The notes beneath the pieces were generated by a model, which made no database searches, was not told the DNA's origin, and was given only the letters and a program-made list of their open reading frames with translations. This document shows, piece after piece, positions 40,700 to 49,316 of a DNA stretch of 64,000 nucleotides; the first letter of the stretch is position 1; the number at the start of each line of letters is the position of its first letter. Origin of the DNA: Christensenellaceae bacterium Phil1 (GTDB lineage Bacteria; Bacillota; Clostridia; Christensenellales; CAG-138); contig MSGS01000044.1 of NCBI GenBank assembly GCA_001940855.1, forward strand, positions 20,215-84,214, written 5' to 3'. Position numbers and translations under genes: made by a program.

Positions 40700-43663
40700 A
40701 TGAGCGAAAGAATGAACCCATTGCCCTTTAAGGCGCTTATAGAATGGATGCTTTGCGAAAAGGAAGCAAGCGGGGCGGTTTTCGGCGTAAGCTCGCCCTA
40801 TGTTAAGAAGGACGCGGGCGCGCTTATGCTATTCGGCGAAAAGCTGGAGGCTCCCTTCGGCCCCGCAGCCGGCCCCAATACGCAGCTTGCTGAAAACATA
40901 ATTGCGGGCTACTACGCCGGCGCGCGGTTCTTTGAACTGAAAACCGTGCAGAAGATGGACGGCGAGGAGCTTGCCGCCTGCATCAGCCGCCCGTGCATAC
41001 TGGCAAACGACGAAGGCTATAACTGCGAATGGAGCACGGAGCTTACCGTGCCGCAGGCGTTTGAGGAATACGTTAAGGCATACCTTGCAATAAAGCTTAT
41101 TGCAAAGCTTTACGACCTTGGCGACCCCGAAGGCTTCCAGTTCAATATGAGCGTGGGCTACGACCTGGCGGGCATAAAGACCGAAAAGATAGACGCCTTT
41201 ATAGAGGGCATGAAGGACGCTTCCTCCACCCCCATATGGGCTGAATGCATGGCGGAGCTGAACCGCCGCTTTCCCGATATGGGCGAATACTTCGCCGCCA
41301 TATCGCCGCGCATAGCAACCGGCGTGACCGTATCCACGCTGCACGGCTGTCCGCCGGACGAAATAGAGGCCATAGCAAGCTATCTTATCCGCGAAAAGGG
41401 GCTGAACACCTTCGTAAAGTGCAACCCAACAATACTGGGCTACGATTTTGCGCGGGAAAGGCTCAATAAGCTTGGCTATGATTACATTGCCTTTGACGAG
41501 CATCATTTCAACGAGGATCTTCAGTATACGGATGCCGTGCCCATGTTCCGCAGGCTAATGCAGCTTGCCGGGGATAACGGCGTTGAATTCGGCCTTAAGC
41601 TTTCAAACACGTTCCCCGTGGACGTAAAGGCCAACGAACTGCCAAACGAGGAAATGTATATGTCCGGCCGCGCGCTTTATCCGCTTACGATAGAGATGGC
41701 GGCGCGCTTCAGCCGCGAATTTGAAGGCAGGCTTAGGCTCTCCTTCTCCGGCGGGGCGGATTATTTCAATATTGTGCCGCTGTACGAGGCCGGCATTTGG
41801 CCCATAACCGTTGCAACCACAATACTCAAGCCCGGCGGATATTCCCGCTTTAAGCAGCTTGGCGAGCTGTTCGACGGCGTATCAAAGCGCCCCTACGCGG
41901 GCGTAAACGCGGCAAAGGTTGCTAAGCTTAGCGCGGATGCGGAAACCGACGCGCATTACAAAAAGCCCGTAAAGCCCCTGCCGGACAGGAAGAACGGCCT
42001 TCCCCTGCCCATTGCGGATTGCTTCACCGCGCCCTGCATGGGCGGCTGCCCGATACACCAGGACGTGAGCGAGTATATAGAGCTGGTCGAAAAGCAAATG
42101 TACCCCGAAGCGCTGGAGCTGATACTTGAAAAGAACCCGCTGCCGTTCATAACCGGCACAATATGCGCCCACAGGTGCATGGATAAATGCACGCGCAATT
42201 TTTATGAGGACAGCGTGTATATCCGCAATCTTAAGCTGATAGCCGCACAAGAAGGCTACGACGCCGTAATGGCCCGCCTTGCCCCCGCCCCCGCGCAGGA
42301 GGCCAAGAAAACCGCCATAATAGGCGCAGGCCCCGCGGGCATAGCGGCGGCGTACTTCATTGCCCGCGAAGGTTATCCCGTTACCGTGTTTGAAAAGGAA
42401 AACGAGCCGGGCGGCATAGTTAAAAACGTTATACCAGAATTCAGGATAGCAAGCGACGCCATAGCAAAGGACGTAGCCCTTGCCAAGCGCATGGGCGCGG
42501 AGTTCATATGCGGCAGGGAAGCGCCGAGCCTTTATGAGCTGAAGGCTGAAGGCTATGAATACATACTGCTTGCAACAGGCGCGCAGAAGCACGGCGCGCT
42601 CAGCATACAGGGCAACGTTATGAACGTTATAGACTTCCTATACAGCGCTAAGAACGCGCCCGAAACGCTTGCCTTGGGCAATGCGGTTGCGGTTATAGGC
42701 GGCGGCAACACGGCAATGGACGCAGCCCGCGCGGCAAAGCGCATGGGCATTGAAAAGGTGAGCATAGTTTACCGCCGCACAAGGAAGTATATGCCCGCAG
42801 ATGAGGAGGAGCTTGCACTCGCCACGGAGGACGGGGTTGAATTTGCCGAGCTCCTTGCCCCCGTTGAACAGAAGGACGGCATGCTCGTCTGCAAAAAGAT
42901 GAAACTTGGTGAACTTGACGAAAGCGGCAGGCGCAGCGTAACGGAAACGGATGAGACCGTGACCATCCCCGCGGATACCGTAATAGCCGCCGTGGGCGAA
43001 AAGCCGGACGCGGAAGCGCTGCGTGCATACGGCGCCGAACCTAACGAAAACGGGCGCGTTCCGTTTGACTGCGGTGCGGGAGTATATGCCGCGGGCGACG
43101 CGCTTCGCGGGCCGGCAACGGTTGTTGAAGCCATTGCGGATGCAAGGCGCTTTGCGGACGCGGTGATAGGCTTCAATAAGGGCTACATGATCAACCCCGC
43201 CGCCGCGCGGGATTACAGGGAGACCCTTGCCCGCAAGCACAAGCTTATGGAACGCCAGTGCGGCGAGGCGGAAGCGAAGCGCTGCCTGGGCTGCTCCACG
43301 GTATGCGAAAACTGCGTATCCTCCTGCCCCAACCGCGCAAACGCCGCCATAAAGGTAAAGGGTAAGGCGCAGCGGCAAATAGTGCATATTGACGCGCTTT
43401 GCAACGAATGCGGCAACTGCGCGGTGTTCTGCCCGTATTCCGGCAGGCCGTATAGGGATAAGCTTACCGTATTCGCGGACGAAGCAAGCTTTACGGACAG
43501 CGAGAATAACGGCTTCCTGCTAATTGATAAAGAGGGCAAAACCGTAAAGCTTAGGCTGAACGGCGAGGTGAGCGAGGTTTGCCTGACCAAGCCTAACACG
43601 CTTGAGCGGGACATTGAGGCGATAATACTCACCGTTATAAACGACTACGGCTACATGCTGTAA
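40700..43663 (+). CDS. ygfK: YgfK-type Fe-S/flavin oxidoreductase (putative selenate-reductase-like subunit)
   Basis: 987 aa from ATG 40700. Central GltD-like dinucleotide motif IIGAGPAGIAAAYF. Two C-terminal ferredoxin motifs: CLGCSTVCENCVSSCP and CNECGNCAVFCP. Confidence 0.85.
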   Translation: MSERMNPLPFKALIEWMLCEKEASGAVFGVSSPYVKKDAGALMLFGEKLEAPFGPAAGPNTQLAENIIAGYYAGARFFELKTVQKMDGEELAACISRPCILANDEGYNCEWSTELTVPQAFEEYVKAYLAIKLIAKLYDLGDPEGFQFNMSVGYDLAGIKTEKIDAFIEGMKDASSTPIWAECMAELNRRFPDMGEYFAAISPRIATGVTVSTLHGCPPDEIEAIASYLIREKGLNTFVKCNPTILGYDFARERLNKLGYDYIAFDEHHFNEDLQYTDAVPMFRRLMQLAGDNGVEFGLKLSNTFPVDVKANELPNEEMYMSGRALYPLTIEMAARFSREFEGRLRLSFSGGADYFNIVPLYEAGIWPITVATTILKPGGYSRFKQLGELFDGVSKRPYAGVNAAKVAKLSADAETDAHYKKPVKPLPDRKNGLPLPIADCFTAPCMGGCPIHQDVSEYIELVEKQMYPEALELILEKNPLPFITGTICAHRCMDKCTRNFYEDSVYIRNLKLIAAQEGYDAVMARLAPAPAQEAKKTAIIGAGPAGIAAAYFIAREGYPVTVFEKENEPGGIVKNVIPEFRIASDAIAKDVALAKRMGAEFICGREAPSLYELKAEGYEYILLATGAQKHGALSIQGNVMNVIDFLYSAKNAPETLALGNAVAVIGGGNTAMDAARAAKRMGIEKVSIVYRRTRKYMPADEEELALATEDGVEFAELLAPVEQKDGMLVCKKMKLGELDESGRRSVTETDETVTIPADTVIAAVGEKPDAEALRAYGAEPNENGRVPFDCGAGVYAAGDALRGPATVVEAIADARRFADAVIGFNKGYMINPAAARDYRETLARKHKLMERQCGEAEAKRCLGCSTVCENCVSSCPNRANAAIKVKGKAQRQIVHIDALCNECGNCAVFCPYSGRPYRDKLTVFADEASFTDSENNGFLLIDKEGKTVKLRLNGEVSEVCLTKPNTLERDIEAIILTVINDYGYML

Positions 43664-43696
43664 ATACCGATACCGAAACAGGAGGAGGAGCGGAGC

Positions 43697-46246
43697 ATGA
43701 GCAGCTTCTATGTGAACGGAAATATTGTAAAGTGCGAAGGCAGCATGTCCCTGCTTCGCTATCTCAGGGATGAACTGCGGCTGACATCCGTAAAGGACGG
43801 GTGCAGCGAGGGCGCATGCGGCACATGCACCGTTATAATAGACGGCCGCGCAATGAAGGCCTGCGTGCAGCGCACGGATAGGCTGGACGGCAAGCATATA
43901 ATAACCACCGAAGGGCTGAGCGCATTTGAAAAGGAAGCGTATGTGTACGCCTTCGGCCACGCGGGCGCGGTGCAATGCGGCTTCTGCACGCCGGGCATGG
44001 TAATGGCGGCGAAGGCGCTGCTGGATAAGGTGAGCGACCCGAGCGAGGATGAAATACGCAGGGCGCTCCGGGGCAACATATGCCGCTGCACGGGCTACGT
44101 TAAAATAGTGGACGCCGTTAAGCTTGCGGCAAGGCTGCTCAGGGAAGGCAAAATCCCCGAATCCAACGAATCCTGGGCCGTGGGCAGCCGCGTACCCCGC
44201 CTTGACGTGCGCGAAAAGGTGCTTGGGTACGGCGAATACACGGACGACATGTATATTGACGGCATGGCATACGCAAGCGCACTGCGCGCAAAATACCCCC
44301 GCGCGCGCATACTGAAAATAGATACCGCAAAAGCCAAAGCGGCCGAGGGCATAATAGCCGTATTTACCGCCAAGGACATACCCGGGCAGAACAAGGTGGG
44401 CCACCTTAAAAAGGACTGGGACACCATGATAGCCGAAGGCGACTGCACGCGCTACTTGGGCGACGCCGTGGCGCTGGTCGTGGGCGAAACGGCGGAGGCT
44501 GTGGAGGCCGCAAAGGCGCTTATACAGATAGATTACGAGGAACTCACCCCCGTGCGCAATGCATACGAGGCCATGGCCGACAGCGCGCCCATGCTGCACG
44601 AAGGCGGCAATCTGCTTGCGCACAAGCACGTTTCCCGCGGGGACGCGGCGGGCGCGATAGCCAAGAGCAAGCATATACTGCACGGCAAATACTCAACGCC
44701 CTTTACCGAGCACGCCTTCCTTGAACCGGAGTGCGCCGTGGCATTGCCGTGGAACGGCGGGGTGAAGATATATTCCTCCGACCAAAGCGTATACGATACG
44801 CAGCACGAGACAGCCCCCATGCTGGGCCTGCCCATGGAAAAGGTATATGTTGAAAACAAGCTTGTCGGCGGCGGCTTCGGCGGCAAGGAGGACGTTAGCG
44901 TTCAGCACCACGCCGCGCTTGCCGCATACCTTACAGGCCGCCCCGTAAAGGTTAAGCTTACCCGCGCGGAAAGCATACTCGTTCACCCAAAGCGCCACCC
45001 GATGGACATGGAATTCACGCTGGGCTGCGACGAAAACGGCATTATTCAGGGCGTAAAGGCAACCGTTATTGCGGACACGGGGGCATACGCCAGCCTTGGC
45101 GGGCCGGTGCTGGAGCGTGCTTGCACCCACGCGGCGGGGCCGTACAACTATCAGAATTTTGAAATAGACGGCTATGCGTACTACACAAACAATCCCCCTG
45201 CGGGGGCGTTCCGCGGCTTCGGCGTTACGCAGACCTGCTTTGCAATGGAATCCATGCTCAACCGCATGGCGCACAAGATAGGCATAAGCCCGTGGCAGAT
45301 ACGCTACATAAACGCCATCCGCCCGGGGCAGGTGCTGCCGAACGGCCAAATTGCGGATGCTTCCACCGGCCTTGTTGAAACGCTTGAGGCCGTGAAGGCT
45401 GCTTACGAGGGCGCAAGGTTCGCGGGCATTGCCTGCGCCATGAAAAACGCGGGCGTGGGCGTTGGGCTGCCGGATACGGGCAGGGTGCGGCTCAGGGTGA
45501 GCGGCGGCAGGGTGCATATACAGGCCGGTGCAAGCTGCATAGGCCAGGGCTTGGGCACCGTGCTTATGCAATACGTTACGGATGAACTTAAGCTGCCGCG
45601 CGAGGCCGTGGTATACGGCGGATCAAACAGCGACTCGCCCGATTCCGGCACAACATCCGGCTCCCGCCAAACGCTTATAACCGGCGAAGCGGCGCTGAGG
45701 GCCTGCCAAGGGCTGAAGGCCGACCTTACTGAGCATAGCCTGAGCGAACTTGAGGGCCGCGAGTATTACGGCGAATACCTTGCCAAGACCGATCCTTTGG
45801 GCAGCGACAAGCCCAACCCCGTAAGCCACGTTGCCTACGGCTACGCAACGCAGGTGGCCATACTGGATGAGGAAACGGGCCGCGTGAGCGAGATAGTCGC
45901 CGCGCACGACGTTGGCAGGGCTGTAAATCCCCTTTCCGTTGAAGGGCAGATAGAGGGCGGCGTGATAATGAGCTGCGGCTTTGCGCTTACGGAGGATTAC
46001 CCGCTGGATAACTGCCGCCCGACGGCGAAATACGGCACGCTTGGGCTTTTCCGTGCGGATAACTGCCCCCGTGTAACGTCCGTAATAATCGAAAAGCCGG
46101 GCATAGACAAGGCGCGCGGGGCAATAGGCATAGGCGAAATAACGTCCATACCAACCGCCGCGGCTATTGCGGAAGCGTACTACGCGCGCGATAATATAGA
46201 CCGATACGCGCTGCCCCTTTGCGGCACGCCGTATTCAAAGAAATAA
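43697..46246 (+). CDS. xdhD: Molybdopterin-dependent hydroxylase with fused N-terminal [2Fe-2S] domains (XdhD-like, presumed selenium-dependent)
   Basis: 849 aa. 2Fe-2S motifs CSEGACGTCTV and CGFCTPGM...CRCTGY, followed by an aldehyde-oxidase/xanthine-dehydrogenase Mo-binding body. Confidence 0.85.
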   Translation: MSSFYVNGNIVKCEGSMSLLRYLRDELRLTSVKDGCSEGACGTCTVIIDGRAMKACVQRTDRLDGKHIITTEGLSAFEKEAYVYAFGHAGAVQCGFCTPGMVMAAKALLDKVSDPSEDEIRRALRGNICRCTGYVKIVDAVKLAARLLREGKIPESNESWAVGSRVPRLDVREKVLGYGEYTDDMYIDGMAYASALRAKYPRARILKIDTAKAKAAEGIIAVFTAKDIPGQNKVGHLKKDWDTMIAEGDCTRYLGDAVALVVGETAEAVEAAKALIQIDYEELTPVRNAYEAMADSAPMLHEGGNLLAHKHVSRGDAAGAIAKSKHILHGKYSTPFTEHAFLEPECAVALPWNGGVKIYSSDQSVYDTQHETAPMLGLPMEKVYVENKLVGGGFGGKEDVSVQHHAALAAYLTGRPVKVKLTRAESILVHPKRHPMDMEFTLGCDENGIIQGVKATVIADTGAYASLGGPVLERACTHAAGPYNYQNFEIDGYAYYTNNPPAGAFRGFGVTQTCFAMESMLNRMAHKIGISPWQIRYINAIRPGQVLPNGQIADASTGLVETLEAVKAAYEGARFAGIACAMKNAGVGVGLPDTGRVRLRVSGGRVHIQAGASCIGQGLGTVLMQYVTDELKLPREAVVYGGSNSDSPDSGTTSGSRQTLITGEAALRACQGLKADLTEHSLSELEGREYYGEYLAKTDPLGSDKPNPVSHVAYGYATQVAILDEETGRVSEIVAAHDVGRAVNPLSVEGQIEGGVIMSCGFALTEDYPLDNCRPTAKYGTLGLFRADNCPRVTSVIIEKPGIDKARGAIGIGEITSIPTAAAIAEAYYARDNIDRYALPLCGTPYSKK

Positions 46247-46269
46247 ATTTTTACGGGAGATAACAAAAA

Positions 46270-46926
46270 ATGGAACTAAACCGATACATTGACCACACCC
46301 TGTTAAAGGCGGACGCCACGCCCGAACAGATAGCCAAGCTTTGCGCGGAAGCGAAGGAATACCGCTTCGCGTCCGTGTGCGTAAATTCCTGCTATGTTCC
46401 CCTTGCGGCAAAGCTGCTCAGCGGCACGGATACGAAGGTATGCTGCGTGGTGGGCTTCCCGCTCGGCGCATGCTTAAGCGAAGCCAAGGCCGCGGAGACC
46501 CGCCTTGCCGTTGAAGCGGGCGCGGAGGAGGTGGACATGGTTATAAACATAGGCATGGCAAAGGCCGGCGAATGGGACTACGTGCGCAGCGATATTGCCG
46601 CCGTTGTTGCGGCAGCGCACCCCAAGGCGATAGTGAAGGTTATAATAGAATGCTGCCTGCTTACGGACGACGAAAAGGTTACAGCCTGCCTTATGGCAAA
46701 GGAAGCGGGCGCGGACTTTGTAAAGACCAGCACTGGCTTTTCCACCCACGGGGCGACGGAAGCGGACGTTAAGCTGATGCGCGGCACCGTTGGCGCGGAC
46801 ATGGGCGTTAAGGCTGCGGGCGGCATACGCACCTATGCCGACGCCATGAAGATGATAGCCGCGGGCGCGAACCGCCTTGGCGCAAGCGCGGGCATAGCCA
46901 TAATGAAGGAAGCTGAAAGCCGCTAA
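46270..46926 (+). CDS. deoC: Deoxyribose-phosphate aldolase
   Basis: 218 aa. IDHTLLK start and the Schiff-base lysine segment DFVKTSTGF. Confidence 0.93.
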   Translation: MELNRYIDHTLLKADATPEQIAKLCAEAKEYRFASVCVNSCYVPLAAKLLSGTDTKVCCVVGFPLGACLSEAKAAETRLAVEAGAEEVDMVINIGMAKAGEWDYVRSDIAAVVAAAHPKAIVKVIIECCLLTDDEKVTACLMAKEAGADFVKTSTGFSTHGATEADVKLMRGTVGADMGVKAAGGIRTYADAMKMIAAGANRLGASAGIAIMKEAESR

Positions 46927-46940
46927 ACTCCACCGACAGC

Positions 46941-46973
46941 AAAAGAGCACCCGAAACGGATGCTCTTTTTGTT
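46941..46973. terminator. Intrinsic terminator after deoC
   Basis: AGAGCA (46944-46949), 11-nt loop, TGCTCT (46961-46966), then TTTTTGTTT. Confidence 0.65.
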
Positions 46974-46991
46974 TGCAGCTAAAATTATGCC

Positions 46992-47351
46992 TTACTCGTG
47001 ATGGCAGCAGCCGCAGCCGCAGTCATGCTCGTGCTCATCTTCGCAGTCGCAATCATCGTCGCAGCAGCATTCGCCGCTCATGCGCGCTTCAACTATCGCG
47101 GTAAGCGCATCGAACTTGTCCTCGTCGGCGGGAACAAATTCTTCCATGTCGCCGTTTACGACTATCTTCATGATATATACGTCGTGGCCGCAGTCGCACT
47201 CCTCATCTTCGCCGTGCTCGCATTCCTCGCTCAGATCCATGAGCACCGCGTACTCCTGGCCTTCGTATTCAAAGTAATCGATAACGTCCAGCTCAAAGTC
47301 GTTACCATCGTCATCGGTAAAGGTTACAAAATCCCTTTCCATTTCTTCCAT
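46992..47351 (-). CDS. DUF1292-family protein with Cys/His/Asp/Glu-rich insert and tail
   Basis: 119 aa. DUF1292 core FTDDDGNDFELDVIDYFEYEGQEYAVLMDL ... IMKIV ... EFVPADEDKFDALTAIVE. Insert SEECEHGEDEECDCGHD and tail GECCCDDDCDCEDEHEHDCGCGCCHHE. Confidence 0.75.
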   Translation of the reverse strand: MEEMERDFVTFTDDDGNDFELDVIDYFEYEGQEYAVLMDLSEECEHGEDEECDCGHDVYIMKIVVNGDMEEFVPADEDKFDALTAIVEARMSGECCCDDDCDCEDEHEHDCGCGCCHHE

Positions 47352-47473
47352 CGTTAGCTACCGCCTTTCATTGTTTGGGTTAATTGTACAACATAAATCT
47401 ATTCTGAGCAATACTGTTTACATTATTCATCTTTTGGGTTACGATTAGTACATAATTCATGCGGAGGTACACA

Positions 47474-47893
47474 ATGTTCAAGGCGGTTTGGAGCATAGGC
47501 AGGGACGGTTTTGACAGAATAGAGGCCCTTAGGCGCGCGGCGGGCGCATGCCCGCAATGCATAAGCGACGGCAAAGATGCCTACGCCGGTCATGTTTACG
47601 TTTGCGAAGAAACAGGCGAACCCATAGCCGCGGGGCGTATGTATCCCGACGGCGACGCGCTTATTATAGACCGCATTGCGGTAATGCCGCAGTACGATGC
47701 AATGCCCTATGCGGAGCTTGTGCTGAGGATGCTGCTTTTTAAGGCGCAGGAGCTGCCGCAGCGGGAAATACGCATAAACTGCGAAGAAAAACGCTTTGCA
47801 TTGGTGCGGCGCTTCGGCTTCGCGCAGAGCGATGCGCACACCTTCACATGCAGCCGCAACGCGATAGTATGGGACAGCGAGTGCAGGCATTAA
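47474..47893 (+). CDS. GNAT-like small acyltransferase-fold protein (degenerate motif A)
   Basis: 139 aa from ATG 47474 (GGAGG lies 6 nt upstream, inside the track extension). IIDRIAVMPQYDAMPYAELVLRMLLFKA resembles a GNAT beta4-alpha3 segment but lacks the canonical Q/RxxGxG. Confidence 0.55.
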   Translation: MFKAVWSIGRDGFDRIEALRRAAGACPQCISDGKDAYAGHVYVCEETGEPIAAGRMYPDGDALIIDRIAVMPQYDAMPYAELVLRMLLFKAQELPQREIRINCEEKRFALVRRFGFAQSDAHTFTCSRNAIVWDSECRH

Positions 47894-47974
47894 AAAAGTA
47901 ACCGCTAAAAGGCAAAGCAGCGGTTACTCCTTATAACTTCTCTTTGACCGGCCGTCACCGGCAGGTGGTTTTCT
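47892..47974 (-). ncRNA. Candidate ~83-nt small RNA, orphan paralogue of the antisense RNA at 17537-17627
   Basis: Minus-strand promoter TTGAAA (48009-48004), 17 nt, TATAAT (47986-47981). 9-bp hairpin GTAACCGCT/AGCGGTTAC (47898-47927), followed on the minus strand by T6. It aligns with copy 1 over about 90 nt, including the identical core CCGTCACCGG. There is no minus-strand CDS it could terminate. Confidence 0.55.
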
Positions 47975-48115
47975 GTATTTATTATATGCTGCCCGCCGCG
48001 CTTTTTCAAGGCCGATATTCATTTATTTTTAGGTTTATATTCTACCATAAGCCAGCCTTTTATATAATTACAAAAATGGGCAAAAGCATGTCGTTTTTTA
48101 TAAGTCTCGATTATA

Positions 48116-48143
48116 TTGACATAATCTGCATTTATGTTATAAT
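48116..48143 (+). promoter_or_regulatory. Sigma-A type promoter of gap
   Basis: TTGACA (48116-48121), 16 nt, TATAAT (48138-48143). Confidence 0.6.
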
Positions 48144-48204
48144 CGCTCTGGGGAAATGATTTAGCCCCGGAAAATAATTATTTATATCGGAGGATATCGC
48201 GGCA

Positions 48205-49224
48205 ATGGCTATCAAGCTTGGCATCAATGGTTTCGGCAGGATCGGCAGGACCGTACTGCGCATCGCGGCGGAAAGGCCGGAGGAATTCGAAATATGCGGC
48301 ATCAACCTTCGCAAGGCTGAACCCGAATACATGGTTTATCTTATGAAATACGATTCCGTATTCGGCCGTTTCCCCGGTGCCGTGGAGCAAACCGAAAACG
48401 GTATAAGCATAAACGGCCGCGAGATAGCCGTTTTCAGCAGCAGCGATGTTAAGGAAATACCCTGGGACAGCTGCGGCGCGGAATACATAGTTGAATCCAC
48501 CGGCGCGTTCAATACCACGGAGCTTGCCTCCGGCCACCTTGCCCACGGCGCGAAGAAGGTTGTGCTCAGCGCCCCCGCAAAGGATAAGGAGACCCCAACC
48601 TATGTTATGGGCGTTAATCATTGGGAATACGACACCGGGTTCAACGTTGTTTCCAACGCCAGCTGCACCACCAACTGCATAGCCCCCCTTACCAAGATTG
48701 TTCACGATAACTTCGGCATAGAGCAGGGCCTTATGTCCACCATACACTCCGCCACATCCAAGCAGAAGCCCGTAGACGCCCGCGCCGGCCGCGACTGGCG
48801 CACCGGCAGGAGCGTTTTCAATAACATCATCCCCTCCACCACCGGCGCCGCAAAGGCCTGCGCGCTGGTCATGCCCAGCCTTAAGGGCAAGCTTACCGGC
48901 ATGAGCTTCCGCGTTCCCACCAACGACGTGAGCGTTGTTGACCTTACCGCGCGCCTCAGTCGCCCCACAACTTATAAGGAAATATGCGACGCCGTTGAGG
49001 AAGCCAGCCGCACCACCATGAAGGGCATAGTCACCTTCACCCGCGACGAGGTTGTTTCCAGCGACATGCGCGGCGAAAGCCACACCTGCATATTCGATGA
49101 AAACGCCGGCATAATGCTGGACGATACTTTCGTAAAGCTGATCGCCTGGTACGACAACGAATGGGGCTACAGCTGCAAGGTGCTCGATCTTATCGCCTAC
49201 ATGGCTCAGCGCGACGCCGAATAA
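48205..49224 (+). CDS. gap: Type I glyceraldehyde-3-phosphate dehydrogenase
   Basis: 339 aa. GINGFGRIGR NAD loop and active-site motif ASCTTNC. Confidence 0.96.
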   Translation: MAIKLGINGFGRIGRTVLRIAAERPEEFEICGINLRKAEPEYMVYLMKYDSVFGRFPGAVEQTENGISINGREIAVFSSSDVKEIPWDSCGAEYIVESTGAFNTTELASGHLAHGAKKVVLSAPAKDKETPTYVMGVNHWEYDTGFNVVSNASCTTNCIAPLTKIVHDNFGIEQGLMSTIHSATSKQKPVDARAGRDWRTGRSVFNNIIPSTTGAAKACALVMPSLKGKLTGMSFRVPTNDVSVVDLTARLSRPTTYKEICDAVEEASRTTMKGIVTFTRDEVVSSDMRGESHTCIFDENAGIMLDDTFVKLIAWYDNEWGYSCKVLDLIAYMAQRDAE

Positions 49225-49238
49225 AACCTGAATACATA

Positions 49239-49300
49239 AGGGCGGCTCCAAAGCCGCTCTTTTTGTACGCAAAAAGGGACGCTGCTGCGTCCCCTTTGTT
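49239..49300. terminator. Two back-to-back intrinsic terminators (gap on plus, PLP-enzyme gene on minus)
   Basis: GGCGGCT-ccaa-AGCCGCT followed by TTTTT. Then A5-GGGACGC-tgct-GCGTCCC-CTTTGTTT. Confidence 0.7.
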
Positions 49301-49316
49301 TATAATGCTATGCGGT

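Noticed and set aside
35773-46246. Possible selenocysteine (in-frame TGA) recoding or SECIS elements in the Se-Mo cluster.
   Set aside because: All five reading frames are uninterrupted. This enzyme class is thought to use a labile selenium cofactor rather than Sec, and I saw no split ORF pairs joined by TGA.
47944-48159. A 71-aa plus-strand ORF in the AT-rich gap upstream of gap.
   Set aside because: It has no RBS, and its Phe/Ile/Tyr-rich translation comes from AT-rich promoter DNA. The region is better explained by the minus-strand sRNA promoter and the gap promoter.
48178-49272. A 364-aa minus-strand ORF covering the whole gap locus.
   Set aside because: The plus-strand frame encodes an unmistakable GAPDH (GINGFGRIGR, SCTTNC). 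The minus frame is an Ala/Gly-rich shadow.
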